64,000 bases of DNA from Ktedonosporobacter sp. (lineage in GTDB: Bacteria > Chloroflexota > Ktedonobacteria > Ktedonobacterales > Ktedonobacteraceae): NCBI GenBank assembly GCA_035293765.1, contig DATGMF010000079.1, forward strand, positions 1 to 64,000, given 5' to 3'. The stretch's first letter is position 1; each line of letters starts with the position of its first letter. Position numbers and translations under genes: made by a program. The notes beneath the pieces are model-generated. The model made no database searches. It was given only the letters and a program-made list of their open reading frames with translations, and was not told the DNA's origin. Shown here in pieces: positions 54,401 to 62,751 of the stretch.

Positions 54401-55468
54401 TTCCGTACAAAGAGAGATATGACAATCACAAAATCTGTCTATTCTCGTGTACCAGTGCTGATTAAGGAAGGCTCAACAGGGTATAACGTGTGGAACGTTT
54501 CCTTTGCCTCAATGTTTCATATGACAAATGACTCCCACCTTTTCCAGATGCGTGAGCAGCTAGAGAACGAGGGCTGGAGGCTGGTTGGCAATGCTTTCCA
54601 GAAGGATGGGGAAGTGTGCCTGCCTTTATACGAGGGCAAGATGATTTCACATTTTGACCATCGCTTTGCCGCTTATGGTGAGGAACAGGGAGACCATGAA
54701 AGTATAGCGGGTGCCGCGCAAAATGCTGACCCTCACAAGCTCAATCTGCCGCGCTACTGGGTGCATGCATCCCACATGCCGACTCTAACACAGCGCAGAA
54801 AGGTATTGCTGGCTTTTCGGAGCATTGCTCGCTCTACAGATATACGCACAATCATATCTAGTATTGTCCCCAATACTCCTTGTGGCAATAGCTTAATCGT
54901 CGCTTTAATTAATGAGCACAGCTCAAAACTGCTGTTTCTGCCTGTTTCTATCTCATCATTTGTGTTTGATTATATTGCGAGACAAAAGACTGGCGGAGCC
55001 AATTTAAACTTTTTCATCCTCAAGCAACTCCCCGTTCCTCCACCCGATACCTACAAAGCCGCGTGTGGGTGGGATCACCAACATACTATCGGCGAATGGA
55101 TAGTGCCGCGAGCGATGGAACTCACGTACACCGCCTGGGACCTCGCGGCGTTCGCCAGAGATTGCGGCTATGATGGGCCGCCTTTCAGGTGGGATGAGGC
55201 GCGGCGCTTCCTGCTGCGCTGCGAGCTGGACGCGGCGTACTTTCACCTGTATGGGATTGAGCGGGAGGATGTGGACTATATTATGGACACGTTCCCCATT
55301 GTCAAGCGCGGGGATGAGAAGCAACACGGGGAGTATCGCACGAAGCGGGTGATTCTGGAGATGTATGATGAGATGCGGCGGGCGATGGAGACGGGGGAGG
55401 CGTATCGGACGCGGCTGGTGCCAGAACCGGCAGGTGCGGGGGTGCGGCATGAGGGGAAGAACGAGTAG
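51470..55468 (+). CDS. large gamma-class N6-adenine DNA methyltransferase (DrmMI / PglX / type IIG-IIL family) with N-terminal unassigned domain and C-terminal TRD
   Basis: Motif I VCDPACGSGHFLVAAAHRI (~52966). Motif IV VVLGNPPWERIK (~53800). Motif order I then IV means gamma class; 1332 aa. The ~54080-55010 portion is markedly AT-richer than the rest of the gene. Confidence 0.85.
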   Translation: MVAYQKRQQTIFSTIHSEGAILPMDLLQRISDPQNAQLEGLTPDAYHLETIKLNEAINRAWTSLLGVWQRFRHEQKRLTEHESGTTLTRERWLLPLFQELGYGRLQTKSPLVVSERSYAISHGWEGTPIHLVSYKVALDHSVHFESGARRSSPHSLLQELLNRSKEHLWGIVSNGLRLRLLRNNVSLTRQAYVEFDLEAMFNNEVYADFVLLWLLCHQSRMEGERPADCWLEKWSQEAHTTGTRVLEDLRENVEHAIKELGSGFLTHPANGQLREQLSTGTLSAMDYYKQLLRIVYRLLVLFVAEDRGILFDPAAPQSARELYTRYYSTMKLRFQADRQLGTRHSDLYYGLKLVMEKLGQERGCPELGLPALNGFLFSPRAVSDLQECQLANYALLAAVRHLAYTERGRTRRIIDYKNLGSEELGSVYESLLELHPVFHLDTGTFELASASGNERKTSGSYYTPTSLITCLLDSALDPVLDEAANKPNAEAAILSLKVCDPACGSGHFLVAAAHRIAKRLAAVRTGDEEPAPEARRHALRDVVGRCIYGVDMNPMAVELCKVSLWMEAIEPGKPFSFLDAHIQCGNSLLGATPALLKAGIPDAAFEPIEGDDKKVCGEFKKLNRQQREGNVSLFREDRGEPIWEQQGTLLHSMLEVEAMPDDNFAHIHRKDASFDKLRKSEIYQNALLWANAWCAAFVWKKTAEMRPPITDEEFRDIGKNPFTLPGWRKAEIKRLAAQYQFFHWHLAFPDVFRVPPRGKPPESEQADWSGGFDVVLGNPPWERIKLQEKEWFASRQPEIANAANAALRRKKIAALKDENPALFQAFMDDQRKATGESHIVRDSGRYPLCGRGDVNTYSIFAENMRTIISSQGRVGCIVPSGVATDDTTKVFFQDLMQSRSLLSLYDFENRDAIFSGVHRSYKFCLLTLTGSARPASRGAEFFFFAHDTADLQEKERRFVLSARDIELLNPNTRTCPIFRTKRDMTITKSVYSRVPVLIKEGSTGYNVWNVSFASMFHMTNDSHLFQMREQLENEGWRLVGNAFQKDGEVCLPLYEGKMISHFDHRFAAYGEEQGDHESIAGAAQNADPHKLNLPRYWVHASHMPTLTQRRKVLLAFRSIARSTDIRTIISSIVPNTPCGNSLIVALINEHSSKLLFLPVSISSFVFDYIARQKTGGANLNFFILKQLPVPPPDTYKAACGWDHQHTIGEWIVPRAMELTYTAWDLAAFARDCGYDGPPFRWDEARRFLLRCELDAAYFHLYGIEREDVDYIMDTFPIVKRGDEKQHGEYRTKRVILEMYDEMRRAMETGEAYRTRLVPEPAGAGVRHEGKNE

Positions 55469-55564
55469 CAGTCTTTTTAGAAGGCGATGATGTGGGCATT
55501 CCCTCTGTGGCTGCTGTGATAGTCAGAGTATAATAGATGTGTCTATGGTAGAAAGGGATTGTGT

Positions 55565-58198
55565 ATGGCAACTCAGGGATCGCTAACCCGCGAAGGGATG
55601 CTTGCGGGAATGCAGCAGGCTCTTGATGAAGAGATCGCAGAAAAGATCGCCAGACCGAATATTAAGCATAGTGCCGTGGACGGCAAACTCGTTTCTGTAG
55701 GCAACGGCCAGTATATTTACCAGTTTACTTTGCTCGAACCCTGGACGCCCGACGATGATACGTCGCTCTCCATTGTGAACGCAGAAGCAAAAAGTATCAA
55801 GTGTAGCGTCGTTACCTCGACCGGCACCTTGCTGACCATCGCTTCAGATCAAGCATTGCCTCCAGCTCAGCTGAGCCAGATCAATCTGAGCGACGACTCG
55901 ACTGAACTCCTCAAGCGCCAGAAGGAAGCTTTGAAACATGTCGAGGAAGGGAAAAATCAGCTTGCCTCGAAATGCTTTGGCCTGATCGCGTATCGGTATA
56001 TAACCGCTGCGAGCGACAAACGCTTTGGAAAGTGGAAGCTGCGTAACAACCAATATATGGCGGCACAGAGGACCCTGGGCGGTGAGATCGCTTTTATTGT
56101 CGGCCCTCCTGGCACTGGCAAGACCCTGACGCTGGCCGCTATCGCCGCGCATAACAATATCGCCATCGATAATGCGATCATGAAGCCCTGTGAGTTGTGC
56201 AAAAGCGCGGGCAGGCCGGATCTGCTCAGAGATGGGCAGGTTGTGCGCTTTGGTGCAGTGCAAAAAGCCGAACTCAAAGATAATGCCGAGTACGCGGAAG
56301 TCTATCTGCCCAAAATCGCTCACTCCCTGGGCGTTGCGACCCAGGAGCGCCAGAAGGCCGTTAAAGCTGAATTGGATCAGATCACGCAAAAGCTGACAAG
56401 CATACTGCAACAGCGGCGAGGGAGCAGCGGACCATTAGAGCAGCAATTGAGCGAAATAACTGCTCAAATCGCGCGCTGGAATCAGGAACTGGCTCCCCTG
56501 GAGCAGGAAGGGCAGCGCCATATTGCCTCCCTGCAAGCTCAGCAGAAGCAATATACAGCAAACCACGGCCGCCTGCAACGGGAGGCTACTCAAGCCGGAC
56601 AGCAGCTTGCCAGGGCGAAAGCGCAAGAGGAGGAGCGGAAACGCGAACTTGAGCACTGGAAGCAACAGAAGCAGCAGACAGTGACACGGCTGGTTGAAGC
56701 GCGAGCGATGAGCGGTATCAAGCGTCTCTTCAAAGGTCCCAGCCTGAAGGCGCTGGAAGACCAGGTCGCGCAATGCAGCCATAAAGTCTATGTAACCCGG
56801 CAAGCACTGGATGCCCTTCAACCAGAAGTGAAGCGCGTGCAAAAGGCGTTTTCCCAGCACACGCAAGAGTTGGAGATGAGCGAGCAACAGTTAAAGGCCA
56901 TCCTGGAACAGTTACATACACCCACCGAACGAGCGCAACGAATAGCAGAGCTGAGGGAGCAGAAAGCTTATGCAGGGCAGCGAACCACCAGCATCCAGGC
57001 AACATTGAAGCAAAAGAAAGCAGGCGCTGCTGCGGAGACGCAAGCTTTGCAGGCTCAAAAGAACCGCCTGGAGACAGCGTTGGCGGAGCTGGATCAGCAA
57101 TTGCGAGACATCGAGAAGAGCATCGTCGAGAAGGCCCTGGTTGTTGGCACAACGCTCACCAAAACCTACATGAATCAAGCCGTTGCGAGCAGGCGTTTTG
57201 ATGCCGTCATTCTCGATGAGGTCTCGATGGCACCTATGCCGCTTGTCTATCTGGCAGCTACTCACGCCGAACGCTCCGTAACCCTCATTGGCGATCCACG
57301 GCAGCTCGCACCAACAGTCTCATCTGACAAGCCAGCGGCTCGGCAGTGGTTGGGCAAAGATATTTTCGATCTCAGAGGAATTTCTTTAGAAGCTGCCGAT
57401 CAACTTTTCCAGCATAGCATCTTGCTGAATGTGCAATCACGTATGCACCCTGACATTTCGCGTATAGCGAGGGAACTGATCTACGACGATAAATTGCATG
57501 ACGATCCAACATTGCCAAAAGAGGCGCAACCGCTGTTCCCACTGCCCACATCCCCGCTGGTGCTCTGTGATACGCAAGACGCTTCCCCGCTTGCAACACG
57601 ACCCTCTCGTGGGCGATCATGGAAAAATTACTATCATGCGCTCTGCTGCATCACTCTGGCGCGTAAGATGCTAGAGGAGCACTCCGATCTCAAGAAAAAA
57701 AGAAACGAACCGGCTATCGGCATTGTCACGCCTTATCGTGCGCAGGCGCAACTATTACAAAGCCTCTTGAAGGATGCTGGATTGCAAACCCATGTACAGG
57801 CGGGGACGATACACCGTTTCCAGGGCCTGGAATTTGAGATCATCCTATTTGATACGGTTGCCTCTACTGGCTCCCATGCGAGCGAGTTTATTGCTGGCGG
57901 CCATGGCTCAAATTCGATGCGCCTCTTGAATGTCGCGGTCACGCGTGCGAAACAAAAACTCGTCATCGTTGCTAATCCAGGCTTTATCCAGGAACAGTTC
58001 CAGGAGAGTCCCATCATGCACCAGGTTGTACTGATGGCTGCAGGAACTGCTACTATTCCCTCGCTCAATGTGGCGGGCACGTCATTCTCCTCTCTTGTCG
58101 CGAAAGCACGTCGTGCGCATCCAGAAGTCACTGCTCCAGAGGTGATCCTGGCTCTACTCGATATGAAATTTACGGCGCGTAAAGCGAGACCCATATAG
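55565..58198 (+). CDS. Upf1/DNA2-like SF1B helicase (AAA_11/AAA_12) with ~290-aa coiled-coil insertion between Walker A and Walker B
   Basis: Walker A FIVGPPGTGKTLT. Long Q/E/K/R/A-rich heptad region (~aa 230-520). Walker B VILDEVSMAP, III LIGDPRQLAPTV, IV VQSRMHPDISR, V IGIVTPYRAQAQ, VI LNVAVTRAKQKLVIV. ATG at 55565 with RBS gaaaggga; the track used an upstream TTG. Confidence 0.8.
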   Translation: MATQGSLTREGMLAGMQQALDEEIAEKIARPNIKHSAVDGKLVSVGNGQYIYQFTLLEPWTPDDDTSLSIVNAEAKSIKCSVVTSTGTLLTIASDQALPPAQLSQINLSDDSTELLKRQKEALKHVEEGKNQLASKCFGLIAYRYITAASDKRFGKWKLRNNQYMAAQRTLGGEIAFIVGPPGTGKTLTLAAIAAHNNIAIDNAIMKPCELCKSAGRPDLLRDGQVVRFGAVQKAELKDNAEYAEVYLPKIAHSLGVATQERQKAVKAELDQITQKLTSILQQRRGSSGPLEQQLSEITAQIARWNQELAPLEQEGQRHIASLQAQQKQYTANHGRLQREATQAGQQLARAKAQEEERKRELEHWKQQKQQTVTRLVEARAMSGIKRLFKGPSLKALEDQVAQCSHKVYVTRQALDALQPEVKRVQKAFSQHTQELEMSEQQLKAILEQLHTPTERAQRIAELREQKAYAGQRTTSIQATLKQKKAGAAAETQALQAQKNRLETALAELDQQLRDIEKSIVEKALVVGTTLTKTYMNQAVASRRFDAVILDEVSMAPMPLVYLAATHAERSVTLIGDPRQLAPTVSSDKPAARQWLGKDIFDLRGISLEAADQLFQHSILLNVQSRMHPDISRIARELIYDDKLHDDPTLPKEAQPLFPLPTSPLVLCDTQDASPLATRPSRGRSWKNYYHALCCITLARKMLEEHSDLKKKRNEPAIGIVTPYRAQAQLLQSLLKDAGLQTHVQAGTIHRFQGLEFEIILFDTVASTGSHASEFIAGGHGSNSMRLLNVAVTRAKQKLVIVANPGFIQEQFQESPIMHQVVLMAAGTATIPSLNVAGTSFSSLVAKARRAHPEVTAPEVILALLDMKFTARKARPI

Positions 58199-58672
58199 AT
58201 ACCGGTTCAGCTTGTCTGTTCTGTCAATAATAATCTGTCGACTGATAGATATCATGCCTTGCAAACAGCAAAGATGCCTCTGGCACCCTGTAATTGCGCA
58301 CCTATGTGTGATGAGCAGGGGATGTACGACCTGGCGATGGAAGCGGCTTTTCAGGAGAGAGATGCAAGTAATATATATTGAAGTGCATAAAAGTTCTATT
58401 TTGACCTGTTTTCCTCAGGGTTTCTCAAAAGTCCCACGAGTAGCGCAACGAGGAGGTAGCAGAGTTTGTGCAGGCTGATGAGAGGTGACAAGTGGCCTAA
58501 GGAGAATGTTGCACTCCTGAGAGGTGGAGCAGCAGCGCAAGAGCAACCGAAATGAGCATCAGATGAACGAAAAAGCGGAGAAGCTAGGGAAAGAAGCCAT
58601 GAGGGGCCACTCGGCACAGAAGGCTGAGCCGAGGAAGGGAACCCGCAAGGCCCTGGAAGGCTGGTTAGTGGG

Positions 58673-59745
58673 CTATGAGTCCCAGAAAGGCTGCGCACTG
58701 AGCTCTCCATCAGGGGGCAGATGCAGCCGAGCCTGGACGAGGGGGTGATCGAGCACGGTGTAGTCCTTGCCCCGTGTCACAAACCCGTAGCCTGCCAGAT
58801 CCGAGAGGACGGCTCCCGTGCCATACGCTCCATCCAGGCGCAGGAGGGCCTGCCCTCCTGGGAAGCGGTGCGCAGCAAGATAGGCGCTGATGGCCTCGAC
58901 CGCACGACGCACTTCCTCGCGATACCGCCCGTTCCCACGGTTGCCGAAACTGCCGAGCCACTGATGGCTGTGGGCCTGCAAGACAGTCGTGCGGGTACGC
59001 ACCACCTCACCCCGTTTGCGTCCGGTGTAGCCAGGGGCACACACCTCAGTCAGGCGACGCTGCGGCTCTGGAAGATGATCTCCACCGGGCAAGGCGCGTT
59101 GGCGGGCCGCCTCACGGGTCCCGTCGATGTCGAAGACCCTCCATTGCTGCCCCTGCCGATCCCAGAGTCCGGCGACCTCGGCGTCTGCACCCAGAGATCG
59201 GACCAACAGATCGGCCAGAAACAGGGTACGCAAGGTTTCGATCACTGGCGCTGTCAGAGCCGCCAACGCCCGCGAGAGAGCCGAACGAGAGGGCAGCTGC
59301 TCCCGTCCAAAGAGCGCCATAAAGGGCTGTCCCCAGGGCCGCAGAACCTCGTAGAATCTCTCTAGGGTAGGCTCGGCACTGACAGCGTAGCCAAAGAGCA
59401 CGACGAGAAAGTCGATCAGCTCATCGTGTCCACAGCGTCGTCGCTCAAAGCGCATGCTTTCGGCGCTGGGTCAGGATGCCCTGCTGCCGAAGATGCTGCG
59501 ACAGAAGTACGAGTTCGCCCCACCAGGGCGGCGGACAGGGCAGAGCGTCGGCAGACGTTTGGATCATCACCGATCCGTCGGCGATACTATTCATATGCTC
59601 CTCCTTGATGGGAAAACATTGATTCTTCTCCATCAGGGAGGCATATTCTTTGGCTGGCTGGCTAGCTGTCAGCTCGTTGCGCTACTCGTGGGAAAGGGGA
59701 TGCTCTGGTGTGGTACGCTTTTTCTTAGGTACAGACATAGTTCCC
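58673..59745 (-). mobile_element. degraded IS element: DDE transposase (IS4/IS701-like) split over >=3 frames and C-terminally truncated
   Basis: ORF 58673-59455 (260 aa; ...WRVFDIDGTREAARQRALPGG...). Upstream N-terminal piece 59445-59633 in another frame. 18-codon stub MSVPKKKRTTPEHPLSHE with RBS aaggaggg at ~59744. A full IS4-type transposase would be >400 aa. Confidence 0.55.
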
Positions 59746-60032
59746 TCCTTATGGGGATGTGAAGTCGGTACATGCGCTGTTCCAAATGAACAGCCTATGC
59801 CTGTAGTATCATCTCTGAAGTGCTTTGTTTACTACTTCCCCTCTACACATAACTCGAAATGGCATCTACTTGGGCAGATTTTTCCGATGCTGATGAAATC
59901 GAGCGAGTTATTAACGTATTGTCCATAATCTGAGCAGATATTGTCTAGAATCTGGTCAGAGCTTGTCTATCTCATATAAATATACTTCTACCAGATAACC
60001 AAGGAAGTTGCTAACCGTTGAGAGGAGGTCAA

Positions 60033-60212
60033 ATGATGAACTGTATCAAGCGTTATCTGGCTCCCCTAATATTTCTAGCGGTCCTTATCTGGAACAGGTA
60101 TTTAGTGAGTTCCATTGTATTTAGAGGTATGCTGGTGAGTCTGGTATTGATGATAGTGATTTATGTAACGTCTGGTACAGTAGATGGCCCAGGGCCTCCT
60201 CCATGGCCATAA
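60033..60212 (+). CDS. small two-TM membrane protein (59 aa)
   Basis: Strong RBS gagaggaggt 6 nt before ATGATG. MMNCIKRYLAPLIFLAVLIWNRYLVSSIVFRGMLVSLVLMIVIYVTSG... ends with a PGPPPWP tail. Confidence 0.4.
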   Translation: MMNCIKRYLAPLIFLAVLIWNRYLVSSIVFRGMLVSLVLMIVIYVTSGTVDGPGPPPWP

Positions 60213-60247
60213 ACATACTGATGTAGCACGGGAGGAAAGAAAGTTTT

Positions 60248-60469
60248 ATGTCTTGGAAAATTATCAACCGCATTCTCGGTCTGGCAACTATCGATCAAGA
60301 TTTTGCTCAAAAACTGTTAACCGATCCATTACCCGCAATTCAGGACAAAGGTTTTCAACTTACGAATAGGGAACGAGAGGTTTTCAGTGAAATCTCTGCA
60401 AGTACGCTCAATGAACTCAGCCAACAGCTCATGCAAAAGCTGAGTCATGACGATGTTGATCGGAGTTGA
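60248..60469 (+). CDS. small soluble protein (73 aa) with NHLP/Nif11-leader-like N-terminus; function unknown
   Basis: RBS gggaggaaag. ...IDQDFAQKLLTDPLPAIQDKGFQLTNREREVF... resembles the W.D..F...LL.DP..A....G..L leader pattern. It lacks a GG site or a Cys-rich core. Confidence 0.35.
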   Translation: MSWKIINRILGLATIDQDFAQKLLTDPLPAIQDKGFQLTNREREVFSEISASTLNELSQQLMQKLSHDDVDRS

Positions 60470-60497
60470 AATATAGGTGTGATTATAAGGAGGTAAG

Positions 60498-61481
60498 ATG
60501 AAGCAATCTCTCGCTCCGCTACGGGTGTACCTGTTCGGCCACTTCTCTGCCGAACGTGGTGGGCATGTCATCGCGGGCTTGGAGCCACGACGCCTGCAAG
60601 AGCTCTTTAGCTATCTCCTCCTCAACCGTCATCGCCGCTGTTCTCGTGAACTACTGGCAAGCCTTTTCTGGGGAGAGAGTTCTACAGAGCAAGCAAAGAG
60701 AAATTTGCGCCAGGTGCTATGGCAACTGCAGACAGCGCTAGAGGCAGAAATATCCACAGATACAGCATCTATTCTTACTATTACCGCCGACTGGTTACAG
60801 GTCAATCCGAACGCTGAGCTCTGGCTGGATGTAGATTGCTTTGAACAAGCCTGGAATAAAACCAGATATATCTCTGGAAAAGATTTAGATGCTTCGCAGG
60901 CACAATTGCTACGGAACGCTATCGGGCTGCATCAGGAGGTATTATTACTCGGCAATTACGAGAATTGGTGTCTCCGCGAGCGTGAACGGCTACGCGAGTG
61001 CTCTGTAGAGATGCTAGACAAATTGATGGAGTATAGTGAGTTCCACCATGATTACGAGGCCGCTCTAAGCGCCGGTTCTCGCATTCTGGACTACGACCGT
61101 GCCCACGAGGCTACTTATCAACACATTATGCGTCTCTACTACTTTTTAGGTCAAAGGGTGGAGGCACTCAAGCAGTATCAGCGCTGTAAAGCCGCTCTTC
61201 TGGAAGAATTGGGAGCCTTGCCCAGTAGAAGCACCCGTACTCTCTATCAGCACATCTTTCTGGAGCAAATGGAGGTCGAGACGGATGGGAAGGGGATGAC
61301 CGAGTATGTACAGCAGGAAACACCTCTGCTTGCACATATCTTGCATGAATTGCAACAAGTTCAAGCCATTCAAGCCAATGCGCAACGACAGGTGGACTTT
61401 CATATTCGCAAAATCGAGCAGGCTCTCCAGACATTTGTGGGAGCCTCAAAAGAGCCGATAACCAGTAAGCTCACTTTGTAA
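60498..61481 (+). CDS. SARP-family transcriptional activator (OmpR-type winged helix + BTAD)
   Basis: LRVYLFGHFSAERGGHVIAGLEPRRLQELFSYLLLNRHRRCSRELLASLFWGESSTEQAKRNLRQVLWQLQ is the SARP DNA-binding domain. BTAD: ...ATYQHIMRLYYFLGQRVEALKQYQRCKAALLEELGALPS. RBS aaggaggt. Confidence 0.8.
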   Translation: MKQSLAPLRVYLFGHFSAERGGHVIAGLEPRRLQELFSYLLLNRHRRCSRELLASLFWGESSTEQAKRNLRQVLWQLQTALEAEISTDTASILTITADWLQVNPNAELWLDVDCFEQAWNKTRYISGKDLDASQAQLLRNAIGLHQEVLLLGNYENWCLRERERLRECSVEMLDKLMEYSEFHHDYEAALSAGSRILDYDRAHEATYQHIMRLYYFLGQRVEALKQYQRCKAALLEELGALPSRSTRTLYQHIFLEQMEVETDGKGMTEYVQQETPLLAHILHELQQVQAIQANAQRQVDFHIRKIEQALQTFVGASKEPITSKLTL

Positions 61482-61674
61482 AAGTTGGAGTTTAGAGTGG
61501 GTCGTATCGTTACCCTTTTTCCGACCCGCTCTAAACTCCAATAAAAGAAAAAGTGTAGGACGAGAAATTGGCTGTAAAAAGACGCCGTCAAAGATAGTTA
61601 GTTAACGCCCTGGCAGACAGCCCTGCGCTATCATCATAGTAACACCGTGTGCCGATATATAAGGAGTTGATAGC

Positions 61675-62631
61675 GTGTCCTTCTTTTCAGTTCAACTGAG
61701 GCAGTTGCGTAAATCACTCTTTGGAATCGCGTTGGAAGAGACAACATTTGCCAAGCGAGGATTTTACAGAGGGGATTCAGATGCGCAATACAGGTTGGAG
61801 CAGATCGGGGCAACCTTCGTCCAGGGATATCATGCAGCGCTCGAAGATGATTGCTTTGAAGTCCTGGTACCTTCCCTTCAAAACCTTGAAGCCGAGTTAC
61901 AGGGTTTCGCTTTTGAAGGAGCTGCGATGGGACTCGCTCTGCTCGACTACTTTCTGCCTCCAAAACAACGCCTGATCTCTTTTATGCAAGGACCAGGGAA
62001 AAACCACATTTACATGTTGCATGTCGGAGCTGGCTGGACGCTTGGAAGGCTTCCCAGGAGCGCCCGCAGGCTGATGCGACAGTTCGATCCACTGCTGTGC
62101 TGGTTAGTTCTGGACGGTTACGGGTTCCATCAAGGCTTTTTCTCCTGGCGTCACTTTATCGATAACCAGGCTCTTCCAGCGCGTCTTTCTGGCGATGCTC
62201 TCCATGTTTTTGATCAGGGACTGGGCCGAAGCCTCTGGTTTGTGAGAGGGGCCGATGTTGCTCAAGTTAGCTCCACCATTGATGCGTTTCCTGCAGAACG
62301 TAGGGGCGATCTCTGGAGCGGAATCGGACTGGCTTGTGCATATGCAGGCGGAACTGAACGGGGTGCGATAGAGGCGCTCTGTAACGCGGCAGGAAAAGAT
62401 CGATGGCACCTTGCGCAAGGGGCAGCCTTCGCGGCGAAAGCCCGGCAAAGAGCAGGGAATCCAGCGCCGCATACTGATCTTGCCTGCAAGGTTTTCAGCG
62501 GTCGCTCAAGTGACGAGGCGACAAGACTGACAGATGAATGCTTGAACGATTTACCCCCGGGTGAGCAGGCTTACGCGCTCTGGCGTCTACGATTGCGAAC
62601 GCAACTGGCCCAGCAGGATGAACGCGTTTAG
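61675..62631 (+). CDS. conserved hypothetical protein immediately upstream of the PKS (possibly enediyne-cassette UnbL/DUF1702-like; unverified)
   Basis: 318-aa soluble protein. The UnbL/DUF1702 assignment rests on genomic context only; I could not match a motif from memory. Confidence 0.4.
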   Translation: MSFFSVQLRQLRKSLFGIALEETTFAKRGFYRGDSDAQYRLEQIGATFVQGYHAALEDDCFEVLVPSLQNLEAELQGFAFEGAAMGLALLDYFLPPKQRLISFMQGPGKNHIYMLHVGAGWTLGRLPRSARRLMRQFDPLLCWLVLDGYGFHQGFFSWRHFIDNQALPARLSGDALHVFDQGLGRSLWFVRGADVAQVSSTIDAFPAERRGDLWSGIGLACAYAGGTERGAIEALCNAAGKDRWHLAQGAAFAAKARQRAGNPAPHTDLACKVFSGRSSDEATRLTDECLNDLPPGEQAYALWRLRLRTQLAQQDERV

Positions 62632-62751
62632 CAAGCTCTTTCAGCTTGTTTCCTTCTGCGCGAAGGGCCTGTATCAACGAAACTGGCTGGCGAGATATGT
62701 TCCCGGCTATAAAAGTAACTCTCCAACCCACAATGATGAGGAGAAGTAATT

